Source: Chrysemys picta bellii (Eukaryota). Taken from it: DNA of 64,000 bases. Position 1 is the first letter of the stretch. Each line of letters starts with the position of its first letter. The notes below the pieces were generated by a model. The model was not told the origin of the DNA and did no database searches. It was given only the letters and a program-made list of their open reading frames with translations. The stretch covers positions 1,178,001 to 1,242,000 of the forward strand of contig NC_088807.1 in NCBI RefSeq assembly GCF_011386835.1, written 5' to 3'. Positions 36,604 through 47,989 of this stretch are shown here, one piece after another. The position numbers and the translations under genes were made by a program.

Positions 36604-38368
36604 GAGGCCAGGGGAGATCCCTGCTCCGGCAGCGGGTCCGGCGGGGTCTTCGGCTCCCAGGTCACCTGGGTTGGGGGAGAAAGGGATAAACATGATAAAT
36701 CTGTAGGGGCGCAGAATAAGGAGACCCCCGGGCTGCGCGTTGTCCCTGTGACGCACAAGGGGAAGGCCTCGCAGAGCTGGCCAAGGGACCCAGGAGTCCT
36801 GCACTAACCACTAGACCCCACTCCCCTCCCCGAGAGCCCGGGGGCCTGGACAAAGTCCAGCTGCTCCAGGAGAGGAAGAGACGTTTGGCGCAGTCGTCCG
36901 GGGAACCCCCGTCTGGGCAAATCAAAGCGCCGCTGGGGCATCCGTTAGCTAAACGCGGTGACCCTGAAATCAGGCACAGCGGCCGAGCCGAGCTGTGTCC
37001 GGATGCCGGGGCCCAGGTGCAGATCAGACCATGAGTTGCAACAGTGTCCCCCGTTCTTGCCCAGCGCAGCCAACATGAGACCGGCCGCTTGCCAGGCCCC
37101 GGGGGAAGGACGCTGCTCTCGGTAGTAAAGTCCGTGAGCCAGAGCCACGGCTGGGGCGACACGGCGCAGAGCCGGGCCCGCCAGCGGAGCGGTGCCGATC
37201 TCCGGCAGCCGACACACATTTCCCAGGGGCCCCTTGACACCCCCTGCAAACCCTGCCGAGATCCCAGCCCGCCTCCCGGCCTGCCGAGCGCCTCGATCCC
37301 CCACGCGGGCCGGGCGCTGGGTGGACGCAGCCGGGATACCAGGGGAGATGGGTCCCTGGGCGAGCGATTCCTACCCGCCCTGCCTGCACCACCCCAAAAA
37401 TACGCCCCCACCCCATCCCCCCCTTCACCCAAGTTCCTGCTCCTCTCCCGCAGCTCTGCTCCTGCCTGGGCTTTTCCTCCGGTTTAGTGCCAACGTTCTC
37501 GCTTCTGCGGCAGGAGCAGTTTTGCGGCTGGGAGGCAGGAGAACGGTTTGGGCCTTCGGAGCAGCCGGGCGGTGGGGTCGGTGGCGGGAAGAGGAGGACT
37601 GGGGGGAGGTGGAGGAGGGGACGTGCCGAGTCCTGGGGGATGCGGGCAGGGGAGGCCGGTATCTGGCGCCTGGCGGAGCGGCACAGGCCTCGAGTCGCCT
37701 CCCGCCGGGAGGCAGGGTTGGTGCCGCTGCTGCCTCCTGAGGGGGAAACTGAGTCACAGAGAGGGGAAAGGGAGGGGCCTGAGTCCCTCGTGTAAGTCAG
37801 TGGTAAAGCTGGGAATGGAACCCAGGAGTCCTGGCTCCCAGCCCGCCCCCCTCTAACCACTAGATCCCACTGCCCTCCCAGAGCCAGGGAGAGAACCCAG
37901 GAGTCCTGGCTCCCAGCCCCCCCTGCTCTAACCACTAGACCCCACTCCCCTCCCAGCCCACATCTAGCGAATCCAGCTGCCCAAGTCCATTCGCCCCCAC
38001 CGCATCCGGGCTTTGGCGAGGACTCGGGGCTCCGGGCGGCGCTGGGAGCCGTGTGACTCTGCCCCACTCTGGTGCGTGGGAAGCCGGTGGGTGGGAGGCG
38101 GGGGGAGGTGTCTCTCCTACTCCCTGGGCCAGCTCAGCTCCACACTGGCCTCCGGTGCCCAGCCCCGCTTCTGTGCCCCACGCTGCCCCCCAGCAGAGGG
38201 CACCGCCCCGCACCCCTGTCCCGCGCCAATGGGTCAATCCACATCCCAGCCCGACGGGGCCCCACCGGACCGAGCTCCCCCCCGCGGGCAGAGCCCCCGG
38301 CACCGGCCACGGGAACAGGGGTCGCAGCGTCGGCCCTGGGGCTACAACGTGCTCTGGGTAAACAGGCC

Positions 38369-38697
38369 GAGCTGGGGGGCTGCCCCACGGATCCCAATGG
38401 AACGACCCCGACGGACCCCAGCTGGGGGGCTGCCCCACGGATCCCAATGGAGCGACACTGACGGACACCAGCTGGGGGGCTGCCCCACGGATCCCAATGG
38501 AGCGACCCCGACGGACCCCAGCTGGGGGGCTGCCCCACGGATCCCAATGGAGCGACCCCGACGGACCCCAGCTGGGGGGCTGCCCCATGGACCCCAATGG
38601 AGCGACCCCGACGGACCCCAGCTGGGGGGCTGCCCCATGGACCCCAATGGAGCGACCCCGACGGACCCCAGCTGGGGGCCTGCCCCACGGACCCCAC
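38369..38697. repeat. 50-bp minisatellite x~6.5
   Basis: Unit cagctggggggctgccccacggatcccaatggagcgaccccgacggaccc. Confidence 0.92.
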
Positions 38698-39207
38698 TCA
38701 CAAAACAAAGGACACCCACCCGAAGCTCTGAGATCGCGGCCCCGCCTTGGCCCTGGGGGAGCCCAGACTTCACCCCCCCCGCCTGGACCCCCCCCCCCCG
38801 AGTTAGTCGCTCCGATGGCAATAGGTGAAGGGGGGGGCAGAGCCCCCTGGGGAGGGGCCGGAGGGAGATTTGGCTTCTCCCCCCCCCCCATGAGCTGGGA
38901 AAGACACTGACCCCCCCACCCCCGCCACGGCACCTGCCCCCCCCGCTAGGGACAGGGGGCGGCTCAGATGGAGGGGGTTGGCGGGGGGGCTCGGATTGGG
39001 GGGGCTGGCGGGGGCGGCTCGGATTGGGGGGGCTCGGATGGGGGGGTTGGTGGGGTGGGGGCTAGGTTTAGCAGCCCCCCCCGTCCTGGGTCCGATCCGC
39101 AGCTGGTGGAACGAGCGGGTGTGACCGACCCCAGCCCGGGGGTCCGCCCCCCCCCGGCCCCGGGACCCCCCCGGCCGGCTCTGCCCCCGGGACCCCCGGG
39201 CACTTAC

Positions 39208-39400
39208 CGACCACCAGCGCCAGGCTCCGTCCGGGCCCCCGCCAGCCGCTCCGCCCCCCCGCGCCCCATCCCGGGGGGCTGCTCCGGCCCCCCCGCGACG
39301 CCCCCCGCCCAGGGGTCTCCCCCCCACCGCGGCAGGAGAAGCGAAAATCCCCCCGCGGCCCCGCACGGAGCCCGCAGCCCGCGATGCAGCCGCAGCCCGG
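39208..39400 (-). other. Candidate non-coding first exon / CpG island of TMEM91
   Basis: Minus-strand consensus donor TCG|gtaagtg at 39207 in a CpG-dense patch; 5' end undefined. Confidence 0.4.
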
Positions 39401-39769
39401 CTCCGCCCCCCGCCCCCCGAAAGGGGCAGGCTCGGGGGGGGGGCTGGGAGGGGCTGGGGGCGCGGGGGGGCGCAGGGGGGGTTTGTGTCGCTGCTTTGTC
39501 AGCAGCGTTACGGGAACGGCGGGACCTGGCCTGGCAGGGAGACCTGCCCCCCCCCCCCCAGCTGACAATGTGTGTGTGTGTGTGGGGGGGGGAAGCCTGG
39601 GAGCCAGGACTCCTGGGTTCTCTCCCCGTGTGGGGACAGGGGAAGCAAGTTACCCGGGTCTCCCCGCTGAGCATCTGGGGGGGGGGGGCAGAGCCCGAGG
39701 GTGTCACCCCACAGACCCAGCCAATGCCGGGGGGCAGGAAACCCAGCCCTGGGCACCCCATTTCCTGCC

Positions 39770-40190
39770 CCCCAGCTCTGCCGGTGCCCCTCACTCCCAA
39801 CCCGCAGCCCCTGTTAGCCCGGCCCTCCCCCCCCCAGCTCTGCCGGTGCCCCTCACTCCCGACCCACAGCCCCTGCCAGCCCAGCCCTGTCCCCCCCAGC
39901 TCTGCCGGTGCCCCTCACTCCCGACCCGCAGCCCCTGCTAGCCCAGCCCTGGCCCCCCAGCTCTGCCGGTGCCCCTCACTCCTGACCCGCAGCCCCTGCC
40001 AGCCCAGCCCTGCCCCCCCCAGCTCCGCCGGTGCCCCTCACTCCCGACCCACAGCCCCTGCCAGCCCAGCTCTGCCCCCCCCCAGCTCTGCCGGTGCCCC
40101 TCACTCCCGACCCGCAGCCCCTGCCAGCCCAGCCCTGCCCCCCCCAGCCCTGCTGGTGCCCCTCACTCCCGACCCGCAGCCCCTGCCACC
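39770..40190. repeat. Minisatellite family 2 array
   Basis: ~7 copies. Confidence 0.9.
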
Positions 40191-41944
40191 CAGGTCTGAG
40201 CTCCCCCTTCCACAGGTCTGGGGCCCATTGAGTCTGGGAGGCCACCAGCCCTGCTGAGACCCGGCCAGCTCGTTGCACAAGGCCTGGCCCTGGCTCTGCG
40301 TCCCACCCGGCTGTGAGACCAGGGGCCCATGAAAGATTGAGGAGGCTGGAAAAGCAAAGCCGTGTTGGGGGCTGGAGCAGCCGGGCTCGTTAAAGAATAA
40401 TGCTCCGTGGCCTGATGAATCATTCATAATCGGCTCCGTGCGGGAGGGGGCGGTGGGGGAGGGAAGGGAACAGACAGATGGGTGGGTTGCGGGTCGGGAG
40501 TGAGGGGCACCGGCAGAACTGGGGGCGGGAAATGGGGTGCCCAGGGCTGGGCTAGGAGGGGCTGCGGGTCAGGAGTGAGGGGCACCACTGGCTTGCCAGG
40601 GCGGCTTTGATGGGGCTATGTTTGCTTGGCCCTTGAGCTCTGGCACATGAGGGGAGGGGCCGTGGGGCCTGACCCCCAGCAGCAGCGCGTCCACTGGGCC
40701 GTTGTGCGGGGGGCGGTCGCCAGGCTCTGTGGGGCAGGGCCCGTCTCCCGCATGGGGTCAGGAGGCTCCACCGGGCCCGGAGCTGCACTTTCCTTCGGTG
40801 TTTTAGGGCAGCAGCTGGAGACCCCAGCTGTGAGACGCCCCCCCCCCCCCCCCCCCGGCCCATGTGCCAGGCTCTGCACAGACCCTGCGGGGGATGGGCC
40901 CTGCTCTGGACCCCCCCATCTCGGGGGCGTTCTCGCCCTTTGCTGGGGACGCTGGGCCCAGGCCTGGCCGGGGGTCACGTGGGGAATCGCAGCATCTGTC
41001 CAGCCCTGTGGGCCACGGATGGAGCTCAGCCCCCCCTCCCCGCATCTGTATTTACCCCCTCCCAGCCCCCCTCCCCCCTTTGCCATCTGCTGAAGCTGTC
41101 ACCCCCCCCCACCCCCCTGCAGCGCTGGTCAGCCACCAGCTGCTCACAAAGAGGCAGGGGGAGGGGGTGGCACAAGCAATTCCCCCCCCCCCGTCTCCCT
41201 CCCCCCTGAGTAGCAGGATCTGCACCCAGGGCTACTGCAAAGCCCTGCGGCAGGAGAAGGCTGCGGGGGGGGGGGGTCTGGTGTCGGCTGCCCACTGCAG
41301 AGCCTGCCCCCCCGCTGGGCCAGCCGCCTCCACCCCCCATGCCCAGGCCCTGCCCCCACCCCCCAGGGGGTTCATGGAGATGGGGAGGGAGATGGGGGGG
41401 TCTAGGGGGCTCAGCGAGATGGATGGCTGGTCTGATCCATTCTGTGCCACCCTGGGGGCCCGTAACGCCCTCCCGGGGGGACATCAGCCTGCGACCGTGG
41501 CAGGAAGGGGAAAATTGGCAGTGTGGCCTAGTGGGCAGGGACCTAGACTGGGCCTCAGGGGACCCCGGTCCCCTGCTCTATCAACGGCCTGCTCCGTGCG
41601 TGCCTCAGTTTCCCCAGCTGGAAAGGAGGACTGATGACCCCTCCCCCGCTCTGTGAAATGCCCGGGGAGCGGGGCTGGGAAGATGTAGGTGAGAGATGGG
41701 GCTAGTTGTTTGGGGGGGGGGGCTAATGAACCGGCTCCTGCATAATCCAGTTCCCTCCCGCCAACGGGTGTTGAGTTATCGAAAGGCCCCGTTCCGGGTG
41801 CGAACAGCCCCCCCAGCCGCCTCCTCCTCACGCACACGGAGGCGGGAGCAGCCACCAGGGACCCAGGAGTCCTGCTGCCAAACCCAGCATCGCGGCAGCT
41901 ATTAATAGACAGATTTTGTTCTAGCCCTGGAGTGTCCTCGCTAC

Positions 41945-42220
41945 GCAGCCCTGCCGGTGCCCCTCACTCCCGACCCGCAGCCCCCTGCCAGGCCAGCCCA
42001 GCCCTGCCCCCTACAGCTCTGCCGGTGCCCCTCACTTCCCGACCCGCAGCCCCTGCTAGCCCTGCCCTGCCCCCCCCAGCCCTGCCGGTGCCCCTCACTC
42101 CCGACCCCGCAGCCCCCTGCCAGGCTATCCCAGCCCTGCCCCCCAGCCCTGCCGGTGCCCCTCACTCCCGACCCGCAGCCCCTGCTAGCCCAGCCCTGGG
42201 CTCCCCCCAGCTCTGCCGGT
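41945..42220. repeat. Minisatellite family 2 array
   Basis: ~5 copies. Confidence 0.88.
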
Positions 42221-42744
42221 CCCTGAGCCTTTCTCCGGAGAACAACCCAAGCAGCTGTGAGGGTCTCGTGATGGAGCCAACTGGCCCGGGGGTCTCGGAG
42301 CCCCAGCGAGCTCACGCCCTGTAACAAGCCCCCCCTGGGCTGGGTTCGAACTGGCCGCCGCTGTGGGCTGCCCCCCTTGGCTGTCACCCCAGGGTGGGGC
42401 TGGCCAGGACTCCAGGCCTGGAAGGGAACGGGACTGCCCCCCCCCCCCCGGCAGCCCCAGCCCCCTCCCCAGCAGGCCGCAGACTCTCTGTGCCGGGAAG
42501 CAGATGGAGGTGGGGGCGGAGGGGAGCATTAGCCGCCTTTGTTGTCTTAGCTGCACGCGGGCGTTTTACTTTCATTGCGAGTGGCAGGAAATAATCCCGG
42601 CTCGGAGCGGGGGGGTGGGGGGGCGGGTTGGCCACGGGCAGCTGGAAATAGCCCGGTAGCCACGCGACGCCGGCATGAAGGGTCAACGCGCCGGGCGGGA
42701 GAGCAAAGGGTGCCAGGGAGGCCTGGTGAGCAGCAGGGAGCAGC

Positions 42745-43085
42745 AGTGGTGAGAGCAGGGGGGCCAGGACTCCTGGGTTCTCTCCCCGGCTCTGGGAGGG
42801 GAGTGGGTCTAGTGGTTAGAGCAGGGGGCGCTGGGAGCCCAGGACTCCTGGGTTCTCTCCCCGGCTCTGGGAGGGGAGTGGGGTCTGGTGGTTAGAGCAG
42901 AGGGGATGGGGGCCAGGACTCCTGGGTTCTCTCCCGGCTCTGGGAGGGGAGTGGGGTCTAGTGGTTAGAGCGGGGGGGGCTGGGAGCCAGGACTCCTGGG
43001 TTCTGTCCCTGGTTCTGCCACTTATTTCCACCATGACCTCAGGCAGGTGCCATCTCTCTCTGCGCCTCAGTTTCCCTCTTGCTCA
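42745..43085 (+). mobile_element. MIR-like CORE-SINE with ~4 tandem tRNA-like heads and a single body
   Basis: Repeated gggtctagtggttagagcagggggg...gccaggactcctgggttct ending in ggttctgccac...gacctcaggcagg...ctgcgcctcagtttccc. Confidence 0.75.
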
Positions 43086-43319
43086 GGCCGTCCCCCCCCC
43101 AGCAGTTTCAGGTGCTCGGCAGGACACTGAAACGCAAACCAGGCCGCTGGAAGAGGTGTCTCCAGCCCCTGCCGCAGGGCCCTGTGCAGGGAGCCGGGGC
43201 TGAGCACAGCCCCACGGCTCTCGGAGGGTCCCTGAGCTGGGAAGGGTTATTACTGGTCACCCTGGGGCTGCGGACACGGCTGAGGGGGGGCCCGAGAGTC
43301 TGAGTCCCTCCGGGTGAAG

Positions 43320-43620
43320 CGCTTTGCATTCGGGGCCAGGGCGCCGGCCGGGGAGGGGGAGCAGCCGGGGGGTGGGGGCTGGAGAGGGGAAGAAGGTGGG
43401 GGGGGGGGGGGAGGGGGAGAAGGCAGGGGGGAGCAAGGGCCCGGCAGGCTCAGGGGAGGGGGGGGAAGGGCTGGAGGGGGGGCAGGGAGGGGGAGCAGCC
43501 GGGCGGGGGGAAGGGCTGGAGGGGGGGCTGGGGAGGGGGAGCAGCCGGGGGGGGAAGGGCTGGAGGGGGGGGCAGGGAGGGGGAGCAGCCGGGGGGGGGG
43601 GAAGGGCTGGAGTGAGCAGG
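43320..43620. repeat. Purine-rich, G-run low-complexity repeat upstream of B9D2
   Basis: Repeated gggaagggctggagggggg...gggagcagcc. Confidence 0.8.
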
Positions 43621-43767
43621 GAGCCCCCCGCACACTGGAAAGTTGGCGCCTGTAGCTCCCCCCCCCCCACTAGCTCCACCATCAGCTCGGGGCTGGGCGG
43701 GGGCGGGACCCTGCGGGGGCGGCTCATCTCCGCCCCGCCCCCCAGCTGTCAATCTCTCCGCCCTTCC

Positions 43768-44126
43768 CAAGATGGCTGCCGCAGGGCTTTGCCCCGCCCA
43801 GCAGAGGCGCTCCTGGCCTGTCATGACCCTCCCAACATGGCGTTCCTTTGCCCCACTCAAGATGGCCGCAACCCTCGCTCCCTTCCCGGCTTCCGGGGCG
43901 GGACTTCCGCCCAAACGCCGTCACGTGCCCCATCCGCCAGCCAATCCGGCGTCGGCGTGGGGGCGGGGGCTCGCTCCCGCGGTTGCCGTGGCAGCGGCGG
44001 GAGCCGGCGGAGGCGGGACGCGGGAGCGGCGGCTGGAGACCGGGCCGGGGCGGGGGGGTCGTTAGCGGGTCGGTAGCGCCCGGGCAGCGGGTCGGGGAGG
44101 GTGGGCGTCGCGCAGTGCGCATGCGC
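43768..44126 (+). promoter_or_regulatory. B9D2 CpG-island promoter
   Basis: YY1-like CAAGATGGC/CAACATGGCG at 43768, 43833 and 43858; ETS/GC-box ttccggggcgggacttccgccc; E-box gtcacgtg; CCAAT; X-box GTTGCCGTGGCAGC 43982-43995; NRF1 TGCGCATGCGC 44116-44126. Confidence 0.7.
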
Positions 44127-44375
44127 GGGGCGTCCCCCCCCCATGGGTGCGAGCTAAGGCGGGTACGCGCCCCTCCCCCCGCGCGCGCCCCCGCCGCGCC
44201 CCCACCCTCCCCGCGCGCGCCCCCATCCCCGGGCGCGGCGATGCAGCCACCTCTGGGGCGAGCCGGTCGGCAGCGCACAGCAACACGGAGCCCGCGCGGG
44301 GCGGGGCGGGGCCCGGACGCCTGGGTTCTATTTCTGACCCCCCCCCCCCCTTTGTGCTCCCCCTGCTGCAGGGCC

Positions 44376-44463
44376 ATGGCCGAGCTGCACCTCATCGGGC
44401 AGATCGTGGGAGCCAGCGGGTTCCCCAGCACCCGCCTCTTCTGCAAGTGGGGAATCCACACAG
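44376..44463 (+). CDS. B9D2: B9D2 (ciliary transition-zone B9 protein) first coding exon
   Basis: [29 protein letters not shown]|G; three exons 88+126+314 nt = 175 aa plus stop. Confidence 0.95.
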
Positions 44464-44499
44464 GTCAGCCGGGCCGGGGCATCGGGGTCAGCTCCCGGG

Positions 44500-44980
44500 G
44501 GGGGGCTGGGAGCCAGGACGCCTGGGTTCTCCCCGGCTCGGGGAGGGGAGTGGGGTCTAGTGGTTAGAGCAGGGGGGCTGGGAGCCTGGACCCCTGGGTT
44601 CTATCCCAGCTCTGGGAGGGGAGTGGGGTCCAGTGGTTAGAGCAGGGGGGCTGGGAGCCAGGACTCCTGGGTTCTCTCCCTGGCTCTGGGAGGGGAGTGG
44701 GGGTTAGTGGTTAGAGCAGGGGGGCTGGGAGCCTGGACTCCTGGGTTCTCTCCCCGGCTCTGGGAGGGGAGTGGGGACTGGTGGCTAGAGCAGGGGGGCT
44801 GGGAGCCAGGACTCCTGGGTTCTCTCCCTGGCTCTGGGAGGGGAGTGGGGACTGGTGGCTAGAGCAGGGGGGCTGGGAGCCAGGACTCCTGGGTTCTCTC
44901 CCCAGCTCTGGGAGGGGAGTGGGGGCTGGTGGGTTAGAGCAGGGGGGATGGGAGCCAGGACTCCTGGGTTCTCTCCCGGG
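44500..44980 (+). repeat. SINE-head tandem array x~8 in a B9D2 intron
   Basis: Repeated tagtggttagagcagggggctgggagccaggactcctgggttctctccc. Confidence 0.92.
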
Positions 44981-45045
44981 CTCTCACGTACTCCCTTCTT
45001 GAAGCCTCTTCCCCCCTCACTGACTGTGCTTCCCCCCCCCGCCAG

Positions 45046-45171
45046 GTGGCGCCTGGAAGCTGCTCTCCGGCCTGCGGGAGGGGCAGACGCAGGTGGATCA
45101 CCCCCAGCTGGGCGATGTGGCCTACTGGTCCCACCCCATCGACGTGCACTTTGCCACCAAGGGGCTGCAGG
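45046..45171 (+). CDS. B9D2: B9D2 second coding exon
   Basis: cag|GT...G|gtaagt; [41 protein letters not shown]. Confidence 0.95.
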
Positions 45172-45669
45172 GTAAGTTCCGCCCGGCGCCGGTTCCAGCC
45201 CCGGCGTGCACTGGGCTGGTGGCCCAGGAGCTGGGGGAAGGCTGCGGGTTCCAGACAGGAGCTGGGGGGCAGGAAGCCGTGGCTCGTGGGGGGCAGGGAC
45301 GGGGAAGGCAGCCCTGGCCAGGCATGAATTAATTTCTCTCAGTGGAAGGAATTTCCCTCCAGTTGTGTGAGACGCCAGAGGCCGTTTGTTGTCCAGTCCT
45401 GTCTCCCCTGGGGCTTTTCTCCCCCTCCCTCTGGCCCCGCCGGAGCTGGGGGTGGGAGCAGGGTGGGGGGCAGGTGGGGCAGGCGCAGCCGTTCATCCCC
45501 CCACTTCCAGAAGCTCCTTGTGGCCTCGGCTGCAGAAGTGGATAAATGCTGGTGGCTCCCATCCGGCCCCAGGGCAGGACTGTGGCTTGGGGGCAGGGAA
45601 TGGGGCAGGGGGCAGCCGGCTTGCGGAGCGGGGCAGGGCACTGACGGGTCCCCTCTCTCTTGCCGTCAG

Positions 45670-45983
45670 GCTGGCCCAAGCTGCACGTGCAGGTCTGGCA
45701 CCAGGACTCCTTCGGGCGCAGGGAGCTCTACGGCTACGGCTTCTGCCACGTGCCGTGCAGCCCGGGCTGGCACGCGCTGGCCTGCGTCACCTGGCAGCCC
45801 CTGGGCTCCTGGCAGGAACGGCTCTCCCAGCTCTTTGTGGGCGGGGGGCCCCAGCTGCTGAACAGTGACCTGATCTACACGGGGGCCGACCGGTACCGCC
45901 TGCAGACCAGCGCCGCGGGCACCGTGCACCTGGAGCTGGGCGTGCTGCTGCGCCACTTCGCCCGCTACGGGGTGGAGTGCTAG
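45670..45983 (+). CDS. B9D2: B9D2 last coding exon
   Basis: cag|GC...TAG; [23 protein letters not shown]...HFARYGVEC*. Confidence 0.95.
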
Positions 45984-46760
45984 GGAGTGGGCAGGCCCCC
46001 GCCACGGGCCGGGCGCTGTATGGACCCCCCGCTGTGGGGCAGGGCTCTAGGGATTGGGCAGACCCCCTGCTGCAGGCTGAGTGCTGTACGGATCCCTCCC
46101 CCCCCCCCCCCCGCCTGTTGGGCTGGGTGCTGTACGGACCCCCCACCGTGGGGCAGGCTCTAGGGAGCAGGCAGACCCCCGCTGTGGGCCGGGCACTGTA
46201 CGGCCCCCCCACCGTGGGGCAGGCTCTAGGGAGCAGGCAGACCCCCCACCACAGGCTGGGCGCTGTATGGACCCCCCACTGTGGGGCAGGCTCTAGGGAG
46301 CGGGCAGACCCCCCACCACAGGCTGGGTGCTGTATGGACCCCCTGCCATGGGGCAGGCTCTAGGGATCGGGCAGACCCCCCACCACAGGCTGGGTGCTGT
46401 ACGGACCCCCTGCCGTGGGGCAGGCTCTAGGGATCGGGCAGACCCCCCACCACAGGCTGGGTGCTGTACAGACCCCCTGCCGTGGGGCAGGCTCTAGGGA
46501 TCGGGCAGACCCCCCACCACAGGCTGGGTGCTGTACGGACCCCCTGCCGTGGGGCAGGCTCTAGGGAGCGGGCACACCCCCCACCAAAGGCTGGGCGCTG
46601 TACGGACCCCCTGCCGTGGGGTGGAGTGCTAGGGAGTAGGAGGCCCCCCATCGTGGGTTGGATGCTGTACAGACACCCACTGCGGGACGGGGCTCTAGGG
46701 AGCAGGCAGACCCCCGCCGTGGGCCGGGCGCTGTACGGCCCCCACACCACGGGGTGGGGT
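45962..46760 (+). repeat. 67-bp minisatellite x~11 beginning at the B9D2 stop codon
   Basis: Unit gtgctgtacggaccccctgccgtggggcaggctctagggatcgggcagaccccccaccacaggctgg. Confidence 0.92.
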
Positions 46761-47989
46761 TCGAGGGCTCTGCACAGATCCTGCTCCTGCTGCGGGTTGT
46801 GGCGCTGGGGCAGCCCTTGGATCTGGGGGGGTCACCGCAAAGTCTCCCCCCCCGATTTGGTGCCCCCCGACCCTTTCACAGGGTGGACATTTCAGTTGCT
46901 TCATGTGGCTCTTTTGGAAGAACCGGGGTTGGGGGGGTTGTTTCCTTGGGGGTGGAGTTGGCCCAGGGGGTGGGGAAGGGGCCCTGAGCCCTTTCCCCTC
47001 TGGGGGGCTGGTTTCAGTCTGTTTCACGGATGGGGGGGGCAGAACTTCTGGGTTCTTTCCCCTGCTCTGCCACTGCCCCGGTGACCGGGGCTGGTCCCGG
47101 TGCCCCCTGCCTCTGTACCATGGGGCAGCGCTGCCCCCTGGGGGTGGGCGGGTGCCTGCAGCGCTGTCCGTGCAGGGCGCAGAGCCGCCGGGGTGGGTGG
47201 GAATCGGACCCAGCGCTGGCTCCATGGGGAGCGCTGGGGGCTGGCGGGGGGGAGGGAGCCCCCTCGGCCTCCTGCTCCCCAAAGAGTTGCCCCCCATCTC
47301 TCTCCCCGCCCCCCATTGAACAAACCCCCCTTTATATAAAGATCCTTTTGCACTAACGGCTTTTCCGAGAGTTTCTCTTCTCCCCCCCCACCCGGGATCG
47401 CCATGGTGACCCCTGCAGCAAAGGATTGTGGGGGTGTAGCTGCGTAACGGTCGGGGGGCCGTTGACTGGGAGGGGGGTGAGTAGAAACATAATCGGCGAT
47501 TGCCCCCAGCCCCCTGCATTGCGTTCGTTCCCGTCCCAACCTGGCACCCCCCAGAAGTGCCTTAGCCTGTGGAACTCACTGCCACAAGGTCTGAGCGGGG
47601 CGGGCGCTCCGTGGGCAGAGAACAGCCAGCGGGAGGGTGACGATATCCCCGGGGGGGATGAGTCTCTCCTGCTCCCCCCCCCGCCCTCCCCCCCAGCCCT
47701 GGCTCACACTCTGTCTCCTGTCTGGGCAAAGTGGAGACGTGTCCCCAAGGGGGCAGTGGCTGGGGCTGTTCCAGTGTCAGCCCAGCAGAGGGCGCCCCTG
47801 GCCCATGGCAGCCATGTGTGTCCCCGGATCCTGCGGGGGGCTGGAACGGGGCCCACGTCTGCTCCAGTTAATACCCCCCCCCACCGTCCTCTGGCTCCTC
47901 CCAGTGTGACGGATGGGCCTGGACCCCCCCATCCGGCTCCTTGGCGTTGTTCTCCCTTCGGGCACGAGGCCAGGCCAGGCTGGACCAGC

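Noticed and set aside
36662-37432. 256-aa minus-strand ORF upstream of the TMEM91 coding exon
   Set aside because: No recognisable domain or coherent splice signals; consistent with a chance ORF in GC-rich intron
44530-44600. tRNA gene-like sequence (tagtggttagagc...gggttc)
   Set aside because: No acceptor stem or cloverleaf and a degenerate B-box; it is a SINE head
47161-47180. REST/RE1-like GCGCTGTCCGTG
   Set aside because: Only the right half-site matches
47195-47235. 41-bp near-identical duplicate of 49927-49967
   Set aside because: Most simply two fragments of an old interspersed repeat; no further structure seen
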